This document shows positions 1 to 9,374 of a stretch of DNA of 64,000 bases, piece by piece. The DNA comes from Cyanophora paradoxa CCMP329. Its lineage: Eukaryota; Plantae; Glaucophyta. The position numbers were made by a program, and so were the translations under genes. The stretch lies in assembly GCA_004431415.1 (NCBI GenBank), contig QPMI01000133.1, forward strand, positions 248,001 through 312,000. The letters run 5' to 3'. Under the pieces are notes generated by a model that saw only the letters and a list, made by a program, of their open reading frames with translations, made no database searches and was not told the origin of the DNA. How positions within the stretch are numbered: position 1 is the stretch's first letter; each line of letters starts with the position of its first letter.

Positions 1-1
1 C

Positions 2-3000
2 CATGGGGAGGCCCGCGGGCGCTTCGGCGGCCGCTTCGGCCGCGGGTTCGCCGGCATGCGGAGCCTCGTGTCGGCGATGGTCGTTGCGGGAACGGCCTCG
101 GGCGCGGCCGTGCTCCCCTCCGACGGGCCCGCGGAGGCGCGCGAGGGGCCCGTCTCCGTCCCCTCCTTCCACCACCGCCGCCGCCGCGGCATGGACCTCT
201 CCCGCTGGACGCTCCGCTTCGTCCCCGCCGGCGCCGGCGCCGGCGCGAAGCGCGTGCCCCACTCCCGCGCCGACGGCGACGCCTCGTGCGTCGCCGCTGA
301 CGGGTTGGACGTCGGCGCCCGCCCCGCGGCCGCCGCCCTCGAGCGGTGCGGCCGCGGCCGCGCTCCCCTCTCTTCTAGATCCTCTCCGCCGCGCGCGCGC
401 CCTTGACCCGCGGCCCTCGCAGGCGCTATTTGGAGCAGACCGCTCTGAGCAGCGCGGTCAGCGCCCGCGTCGCGTCCATCCTCCTCCTTCTGGAGAACAT
501 CGTCATCGCCTTTACGGTCCCAAAGGACCCTCGCTTTGGCCTCATTCCCTGGATCCAGCTTGCGGTCTCGGCCCCCTTCCAGCTCGCCCTCTTCGGCGCG
601 TCCTTCTCCCGGGCCGCCCTCCCGCGCCTCTTCGAGCCCCTCGTGTCCCTCTCCGTCCTTTCCTTCTCCATCTCCCAGGTCCCCCCCCCCTCGCCGCCCG
701 AATCGCCGTACCCCTCCGTAAGCGCGACGGGGGTACAGCGTTTCCTGTTCGAAATTCTGGTGGTCCACAACGTGGCGATCGGGGGCGACCGCTGCGCGTA
801 CCACACCGCGATCATCTGCGTCATCATGCTCTGGGTACGGCTTTTTCAAGCCTTTTTTTCTTCAACCCGCCCGACGTACCCCCAGTTGGCGTGCACGTAC
901 TCTAACTTGCGCTTCCACGTGTCCGTCATCGTATCCCTCCTCCTCGTTCTTGAGGTACCCCCTCCCCAGCCCTTCTCCCCTCCCTCCCGGGTCCCTCCCT
1001 TCGCGCCCTGCCGCCCCCAACACAACGGCTCCCGTGCAGTCCTTTCTGCCGATCCCGCTCGTCCTGGGGCTCGGCCTCCCCGGCTCGCCCTGCCTCTCCC
1101 TCGAGCAGCACGGCACGGTGCGCCCGTACCCCCCTTGTCTCCTTCCCTGTACCCCCGCTCCAACGCGGGCGCAGTGCGCGCTGAGCGGCGTGCTGGCGGT
1201 TGCTGCATCGTACCTCCGCGAGCGCGGCGAGCGCCGCCTGTTCCTCCAAGTCCTGGTACCCCCCGCCCGCCCGCCTCCCGACGCGGTACCCCTGCCCGAG
1301 CCTCTGGCCGCAGGCGGCGGAACGTCGGACGAGCCCCCTCCCGGTTTCGAACCCGTCCGAGACGCGCGAGCCTGCGCCTCTTCAGTCGCTGAATCCCTTC
1401 CGGCGGACGGCGCTTCAAGCGTCGGCCGGAGGCGACTCGGCCGACGAGGAGCGGCCAGCGGAGCGCGCCGCGCCGGCCCCCGCCGGCGACACCCCCCGCC
1501 ACTCCGGAGGCTCCCCCCGCCGGGTCTCCTTTGGTTCGGGGTCCGGATCCGGGTCTCGCGCCCTAGCTACGGAGGCGGGCCCGCGGCGGACGTCGGGCGG
1601 CGCCGATCGATCTTCCGGCCGCTCGAGCTCGTTCGCAAGCCTGGTGCCCCCCTCTACTTCCAGCCCGCGCCCGCCTCCTGCAGCTGGCTCCGCCGCGCGC
1701 TCTGAGCTTCGTCGCCGCAGCGCGCGCTGCGGCTCACGCCCTCAGGTATCGTGCCGGAGTGGAGCGCAGGCGGCTCTACCCCCGGCCCCGACACCCCTTC
1801 CTCGCGGGACCCCCTTACCGGCCCCGAGGGGGGTACCGGCAACTCGGCGGCCGTGTGGCCGGAGGGCAGCCACGAAGAGGCGGCGCGCGTCGCGCCGCGC
1901 GGGCGGCTGCGGCGGCTCCTGCGCTGGCTTGTCGCGGGCAGCCCCTTCCCCTCCCCCGAGGCCGAGCGGGGGTACCAGATCTTCTACTGCTACCGCGCCT
2001 GGTCCCGGTGCGGCCCGCGTACCCCCCCGGCATCCGCGTACCCCCTGAAGCTCAAGCGGCGCAGGGTTCGGTTCCTGTCGGCGCCGCTCCTGCTCGTGTA
2101 CCTTGGCTCCCTCGCCACAGCTGCTGGCTTCGGCGCCTCGCGCGCTAAGGTCTCCTTCCTCGATTACGTGCGAGCGCGCAGCCCCGATTGGATCCTCGAG
2201 GTGCGTTAAAGCGGTGTACCCGGCGTGCCGTGCCGGCCCGGCCAACCCAGCGGCGCTGATCCCCGGGCGCATGCACAGTTTGTCCTGTGCGGAGGCGTCT
2301 TCATGGCGGGTACAATCATGCTGCACGCGCGCCCGGCGCGGCTCGTGCCGTTCGTCGCCTTCTTCACGACGGGGGCCTGCCTGGTCGGGCAAATGGCCGC
2401 CCTCACCTCCCTCCGGCGATTTGAGAACATCGCCCCGTACCTCGTCGAGGTCCGCACCCCCCTTCACGCCCCGGTACCCCCGCCGAGCCGGGCGCAGGCG
2501 TGGGCCAAGGTGTCTCTCTACATCACCTTCACGATGATCTCGAGCACCTTCTGGGTACCCCCCCGCGCCTTCCTCCTGGCCTCCTGCGTTTCCCTCCCGT
2601 ACGGCCTCTACGCTCTCTCCCCCCGCGACCCCACCATCTCGGGGTGCGGCTGCGAACGAAGAAGCCTCGAGGGCTGCGGCCGCGGCTGACGGGGCGGGGC
2701 CCGGGCGCGGGGCGCGCAGGCGGATCGTGGACATGGCGGGCTTCGTCCTGAGCCCCGTCGCCGTGTGCCTCGTCGTCTGCCTCCGCCAGGAGCGCAAGCT
2801 CCGCACCCTCTTCCTCCTCCACGCGCCCTGGGCGGACCACGAGGGCCCAGGGGGTGATCATGATCATGACGCCGGCGTCCGGATCCGCGAGTCTTCCTTC
2901 GGATCGAGCAGCCTAATCGTGAACCCCGAGTCGGAATTGCAGCGGCCGGGCCCGCGCGCCCCAACGTCCCCGCGGGCCCCCGCCCCCGCCCCCACGCTCT

Positions 3001-3125
3001 CCCCGCGCTCTGCGGCAGCGGCAGCGCCGGCGCCGGCGCCAGCCGCGGTACCGGCCGTGGTGCCGACGATATTCACGTCGCCCCCGTCCGCTGTCAACGT
3101 TAGGTCGCTGGCAGTGGACAGATAG
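2..3125 (+). CDS. Multi-exon polytopic membrane protein (5' partial) with two ~6-TM clusters resembling adenylyl-cyclase membrane anchors; no catalytic domain
   Basis: GT-AG splicing joins hydrophobic exons: RWTLRF..ALERRYLEQ..VASILLLLENIVIAF..IQLAVSAPFQLALFGASF..FHVSVIVSLLLVLE..LAVAASYLRERGERRLFL, then an S/P/R-rich loop, then FPSPEAERGYQIFY..FLSAPLLLVYLGSL..FVLCGGVFMAGTIML..KVSLYITFTMISSTFW..FVLSPVAVCLVVCLRQERKLRTLFL; stop at 3123-3125. The frame is open to the window edge. Exon structure is shared with the paralog at 60858-63816. Confidence 0.75.
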
Positions 3126-3558
3126 GTATCGATTTAAATACGTATACGATTAGAAGACAGTCACTGAGTACCTGCAGCGCTAGCGGATAGTTTCAATTTA
3201 AACAATTAGTTTCATGCAAGCTTTTACCAAGTTCAGCAGCTGCAGCCTGGCAGACGCATATGCATGTCATAACTACCATATTATAATAAATATATATACA
3301 AGGTTTCACACAAGCACGAGCGCTGCCGGGGGCCGACGGCCCCGCGGCCGGCGCCGGCGCCGGCGCCGCGGCCGCGGCCCCGCGCGCGCGCGCCGCGGCG
3401 CGAACATATCTACGGTATAAGACAGCGTAAGATCTACAGCTAGAGCCGCTAGCGCTGAGCAGCTGACGTAGCTGCAGCCAGGGCGCCCGGCGTGCTGAGA
3501 TGAGGCTTTGAAACGCGCTGTACCCGGGCAGTCCGAACTTCCGTCGCAAACAGCAAGC

Positions 3559-5488
3559 ATGAAGGCGCTCATTCTGGTGAGCGCGTGCATGCCAACTTCC
3601 TAAGAGCACGCATTGTGTGTCGAGGCCGCTTCGCGCTGAGTGCCTACGTGTGCGGCAGGTCGGTGGCTTCGGCACTCGGCTTCGGCCGCTGACGCTCTCT
3701 GTCCCCAAACCGCTTGTTGACTTCTGCAACAAGCCCATGATCCTTCACCAGATCGAGGCGCTCGTTCGGGTGCGCAACCAACGGACCTTAGGCCGCCGCC
3801 CAGTTTCGCATGCCGGAGAACCTGCGCCGCAGGTTGGTGTGACGGAAGTCATTCTTGCCATCGCTTATCAGCCTGAGCTGATGATGGACTTCCTGGCAAA
3901 GTATTCGAAGGATGTGCGCTTGGGCCCCCCCGGCCAGGGCTCGCCCTGCGCGCGCCCTCGTGTGACGGCTTCCGTTCTCCCTGCAGCTTGGTGTCAAGAT
4001 CACGTGCTCTCAGGAGACAGAGCCCCTCGGCACAGGTACGGCGGGGAACCGCCAGCGCACGCCAATATCCGCCTGCATAAGCGGCCCTGGCGCTTGCTCC
4101 TTTAGTGCTAATGGTCATTCCTTTCCTTTCCTACAGCTGGCCCCCTGGCGCTCGCGCGGGACAAGCTGAACGACGGCGATCCTTTCTTCGTGCTCAACAG
4201 CGATGTCAGCTGCGACTACCCGCTGGAGGACCTGCTCAAGTTCCACAAGGCGCACGGGAAGGAGGGGACCATCATGGTGGGCCGCGCCTTGTCCCTTCTG
4301 CTGCCTCCTCGCCCCTCGCACAATTTGATCGGTGGCATCCTCGCGCAGACGACGCCCGTCGAGGAGCCCAGCAAGTACGGTGTCGTCGTCTCGGAGCCCG
4401 ACGGCAAGGTGCAGGCTGCCGCGCTCGCTCTGTCTCGCGCGGACGACGAACGCGCCGCGCAGGTTCTCCGGTTCGTGGAGAAGCCGAAGGAGTTCGTCGG
4501 CAACAAGATCAACGCCGGCATCTACATCTTCAATCCCGCGATCCTCAACCGCATCGAGGTGCGATCGGATCGGTCCGCCCAATCGCCCGCCTGTGTCTGA
4601 TCGCTCGCGTGCCCGCGCGCTTCCGCCTCGCAGCTCCGGCCCACTTCCATCGAGAAGGAGACTTTCCCCGCGATGGTGAACGAGGGCCAGCTGTACCAGA
4701 TGGTGCTGCCGGGCTTCTGGATGGATGTCGGCCAGCCTAAGGACTTCCTCACCGGTCCGCCTCGGCCCGAGCGAGAGCGCCCGCGCGCGTCACGCTAACG
4801 CTGCCCAAGGGATGTGCCTGTGGCTCCAGAACGAGAAGATCAAGAACACGGGCCGCCTGCGCGTGGGCAAGGGCTTCGTGGGGAACGTGCTCGTGGTCCG
4901 CCCCGCCCCGCCCGCTTCCGTGCGGACTCTAAGCAGCGGCGTTCCGTGCGTCCGACGCGCGCAGGACGAGACGGCGCAGATCGGCGAGGGCTGCTTGATC
5001 GGCCCGAACGTCGTCGTCGGGAAGAACTGCGTCATCGAGGACGGTCCGTTCGTCGATCCCGCCAGCTGCCTTGCTCTGCCAACCGGCCGCTCACGCTCCG
5101 TGCGCGCGCGCAGGCGTGCGGTTGAGCCGGACAACGGTGATGGCGGGGAGCCGACTAAAGAGCCACTGCTGCGTGAGCAACACGATCATCGGCTGGTCCA
5201 GCACCGTCGGGCGCTGGGTGCGTGCGCGCGCTGCGGCGCCGCGGCCCCGCCTCCTCCTCTTCTCTCGCACCGTCCTAACCGCGGCGTTCTCCAGTCCCGT
5301 GTGGAGGGCAACACTGTCCTTGGAGAGGACGTTCAGGTGAGCGTTTGCTCCCGCGCCTTCCTCCGAATTCAAATTCAAATTTTTGAATCTCCGCTCAGGT
5401 GAACGACGAGCTGTACGTCAACGGCGCGGTCGTCCTACCCCACAAGGGCATATCCTCCTCCATCGCCGAGCCCCAGATCGTCTTGTAA
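3559..5488 (+). CDS. GMPPB: Mannose-1-phosphate guanylyltransferase (GDP-mannose pyrophosphorylase, VTC1/PSA1/GMPPB type), 13 exons
   Basis: Spliced translation: MKALIL|[155 protein letters not shown]. All 12 introns are GT-AG and phase-compatible (donors near 3577, 3770, 3914, 4036, 4278, 4409, 4559, 4755, 4896, 5045, 5218, 5337). Confidence 0.97.
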
Positions 5489-5894
5489 CCCCCCTGTACA
5501 GTTCCCCCCCCCCTCGCCCTCGCCCCTCCCGCCGCTTGCTTCCCTGCATCCATCCCCCCTCCGCTCAGCTGTCGGAAGGCTCTCCCCCCTTCCGCCCCGC
5601 ACCGATCGACAGGACCAGCGCATCGCAAACCCCCCATTTTTGGCGTATTCAAACTTTCGTTCTTTTCGCTCAGCCGCTCCGTAGTGTGAACTAGGGAAGG
5701 CCCTTATTGTTGTACCAAATTAAATCGAACCGCTCGCGTTTTCTTCGCCGAGTCATGACCAAGTCTGCAACTTGCAAAAGAGTGGCCTGCAACTTGGGAA
5801 ATAGTGAACGAGCTGCACACGGACATGTACAGATAGAGGGACTCCGGGAAAGGACACCGACTAATACTAGATGCGCTGCGTCGCCTGGCCGAGG

Positions 5895-8800
5895 TCAGAA
5901 GACGAGCCCGGCGTGGCTGTGGTCGACCTGCGAAACGATGCGAATCAGAAGCGGGAATTGAAAAGGAAAGGGCAGAGAAGCAAGCGGCCTGCGCGCCTCG
6001 ACGTGGGTGAACGAGTGGCCCTCGTCCCCTGCGAGGCCGCCGGCCGCGTCGTACGCGCCGGCCTCCTCCGCCCCCTGCGCGCCGGCGTCCGCCGCCGCCG
6101 CCGCCGCCGCCGACGCCGCGTCGCCGCTGACATGAAGACAGGCGTAAGAGAACTTGAGGAGAAGAAGAAGAAGGAGAAAGAAAGGGCGCACCGGTAGGCG
6201 TCGTAGGCGGAGGGCGAGGCGTCCTCGTCGGCCTCCGCCGCGGCCGACGCGAAGACCGGCGTGCCGTCCTCGGTCGTGGCTTCAACGGCGTCCTCGGCGC
6301 CGTACTTCGCTACGACGTTCTCGGCGGCTGCGCGCGGGTAGAGGAGCGAGCGAGCGCGTGAGAAAGAGGAGAGAAGAGAATAGAGGAGGAGAGGGCGGGA
6401 GGGCGAGCCTGTCGAGATGTCCGAGTCGACCTCCTTCGCGGCCGCCTTGACGAAGCTGAGGGACGTGCAGACGTCCACGGTCGGGACGAAGCCCTTGACG
6501 GGCGCCAGCGCCGTGCTCATGCAGTTGAAGTGCCCGCGCGCCGCCTTCGCGCCGGCCGCGCCGGGGATCGGCATGCCCGGGAGCGGCTTCCCGCCGGGCG
6601 CCATCGACTTGGGGAACGGAGTCGCCGCGATCGACTCGACGACGCCGCGCCCGCCCGCGTCGATATCCGTGCTGGCGAGGAGCTCGTCCTGTAGCGACGT
6701 GGTCGATCCTCCCAGCAGGTCCAGCCCGTCGTCGTCGTCGTTGAAGCCGTCCAGGCCGCCCCTGGAGCCGCCGCCACCGCCGCTGTAGAGCCCCTTCGAG
6801 AAGAGGCCCTTGGGCCCGAAGAGCCGGCTCGAGCTGTACAGGCCGCCCAGCCCGTCGTCCAGGCCCAGGCCGCCCGAGCCGAGGTCGTCGTCGCCGCCAT
6901 AGTCGCCGCGGTCCAGCGCGGCCAGCGCCTCCTTGTTCGAGAGGCCCGACGCCTTGAGCGCCTTGATCGTCTTGAGCTGTTGCGTTGTTGCGGGAACATG
7001 TTACTACCAAGCTTGGGAGCTCAGGACGACTTCGAAAGAAACGAGTTCTCACCTTGGCGCGGCACGCCTTGGCCTTGCGGCCGGAGAGGCTCTTGCATTT
7101 GCTCTTCAGCTTGCGGACCTGCCGCGGGCAGTTCGATATTTGAAAATCCGAATTCGATGCGAGCCTGCGGACCTGCCGGCGGGCCTGGCGCTCCGACCTA
7201 CCCCCGGAGCGCAGCCTGCCCTCGCCCTCGCCCTCGCCCTCGTCATCCAGCAGGCCGTCGTCCGCCTGCGCGCGGCGGCGGCGCTCGGATCGCGCGTTTC
7301 GAATTTGAATATTCGAATTTCGAGCCGTACCCCCCTCAGCCGCAGCGTGTCAGAGAAGTCGCGGTCCCAGAAGTCCCGATCCGAGTAGTCCCGGTCACGG
7401 GCCGAGAAGTCCCGGTCGCGGTCCTCGTAGTCCCGGTCCCGGTCCGCGTAGTCCCGGTCCTGCGTCGCACGTACCCCTCTCAGAACGAAGAAGAACCGAA
7501 GGAAAAGGGGAAAAAGAAAGAAAGAGAAGGAAAGAGAGGAAGGGGCGCACGGAGTCGGCGAATCCGAGATCGAGGTCGTCGTCCGCGAAGGCGTCGGCGT
7601 CGTGCACGTGGAGTCCGGCGTGCTTGAGCGTGTCCCAGACTTTGGCGTTCGACAGGCCGGCCGCCTTCAGCGACTGGAGGCGGGCGTCGACGTCAGAGGG
7701 CGGGGGCGAATCCGCAGGGGGCTACCGCACCTTGACGGTTTTGATCTTGGCCTTGCACTGCTTCTTCGCGGAGCCCTTCGAGATCTGCGGGGGCGGGGTT
7801 AGGAATCCGATATGGGGCGGGAAGGGGGGGGTACGCCGCGCCTTGCAGGCTTTGACCAGCTTCTTGATCTTGGCCTTCGCGGCCTTCTCCTTCTTCGCCT
7901 TGCACTTCTTCGTCTTGCAGGCTGCGGGGGGGTACGCGGATCGAAAAACACTCGAAGGAGGGGCAAGACCTAAAGGCGGGGGTGCTAAAAAAGACGGGGG
8001 GCGCACCCTTGCCCTTCTTGTCCTTAAGGCCCTTGTACTTGATCTTGTCCTTCTTCGACTATGCGCCAGCCGGGCAGGGTGGCGTCAGCGGCGCCGCGAA
8101 GGGGGAGGAGGCGGGCGCGGCGGCGCCGCCCCGCGACTGGGGCAGCATTCACCTTCTTGGATTTCAGCCGTAGCTTCTTGCTCTGCGGCGTGTGGTACGT
8201 CAGAGTTCGCGCCCAGCGCCGCCGTTGGGTGCGCCTAGGCGGCCGCGGCTGGGTGTGCCTTTCCAAGCGGGGCGCAAGCCACGCTTAGGGGCCGCCACTC
8301 ATTCTAACCGAAGGGACTTGGGGCTCACCAGCTTGGACTTGAGCTTGCGAGCCGCCTTCTTGGCCTTATTGTACTTCTTGCTGAGGAACTTCTTACCCTT
8401 CTTGAACTTCTTGCTGACCTGATCGCGGCCATCAGCGCGCGTCGTCGCGTTCGGAAGAGGTTCGGAGACCGCGGACCGCTTTCTTCGCCTTGCGGAGCGC
8501 CTTACTTGCCTGCCGCGGCGCGACGCAACGTCAGCGGTGCGCAGCGCAGCGCAGCGGGCCGGCGGAATCGGATCCACCTTGTTCTTGTACTGCAGGCGAA
8601 CAGCGTCAGGCGTGATGCCAGCTAGCACGGGCGCTTGGGCCGGGCGTGTACCTTCAACGCCTTGCTCTTCAACTTGCTTTTCAACCCCTTCTTCGCCTTT
8701 CTAGCTTTCTTCAAGATGCTCTTTGTTAAGCCCTGCGGGCGTGGGCGGGCATGGTCAGCGGCTGGTGGGCGCCCCGCTCGGCGGGACAGCGGCAGGCCGA

Positions 8801-8916
8801 CAACGCGGCGTCGTGGCGTCAAAGAGGCGGCAATCGCTCGGCGCCGGGACGCTAACTGCGCATATGCATAGAACTGGGCATGTCGTGCGCACCCCGAGGG
8901 CGCTGAAGAGGCCCAT
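5895..8916 (-). CDS. Unknown protein (~550 aa): Lys-rich basic N-half, DRD[YF] repeats, Gly/Asp-rich and Ala/acidic C-half
   Basis: Phase-compatible exons: MGLFSALG|GLTKSILKKARKAKKGLKSKLKSKALK|YKNK|VSKKFKKGKKFLSKK..|..KLVKACK|ISKGSAKKQCKAKIKTVK|SLKAAGLSN..|DRDYADRDRDYEDRDRDF..|..|VRKLKSKCKSLSGRKAKACRAK|LKTIKALKASGLSN..|..VDHSHAGLVF*. ATG context gcagccATGG at 8916; further upstream exons cannot be excluded. Confidence 0.7.
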
Positions 8917-9374
8917 GGCTGCGGCCCGCTACGGACGGCCCGCCCCCGCCGCGAACGCTGCAGCGAGATCAGCGGCGATGGACCGTCCGCCGCGAGCGCC
9001 GGCTCCCTCGCCCAGCCGAACTCCGGTCGCTGGTCAAAGACACCAGCCACTAACGAGTCCTGTACCCCATGAGATCGGCCTCCTCAATCTCGCGCGTCCC
9101 TACGCTCGAGTGTCGCTAGAAGCGCTCTGCGAGGCCGCAGAATTGCTTCCAGTGCGCCAGGCGCGCTCCCCCGCCCAGGACCTCAGAGCATTGGCGTTGG
9201 TGCTCCTTCGCGTGTACCCCTTCATCATCTTGGCTCTTGGACCGGAGAAGCAGCGCGCAAGCCGTCCCGCAGCTTCTACGCGTTAGGGTAGCTGCTATAG
9301 CCAGTGCGCAGCACGCTCGGTCGCTTCCAGCCCCGTCAAGTCGTGCACGGACTTGCGAGCTCCCGTCAAACGCC

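Noticed and set aside
7740-8916. Resemblance of GLFS.. / ..ACKISK..QC to amphibian antimicrobial peptides
   Set aside because: Low-complexity cationic similarity, with no signal peptide or precursor structure; treated as coincidence.
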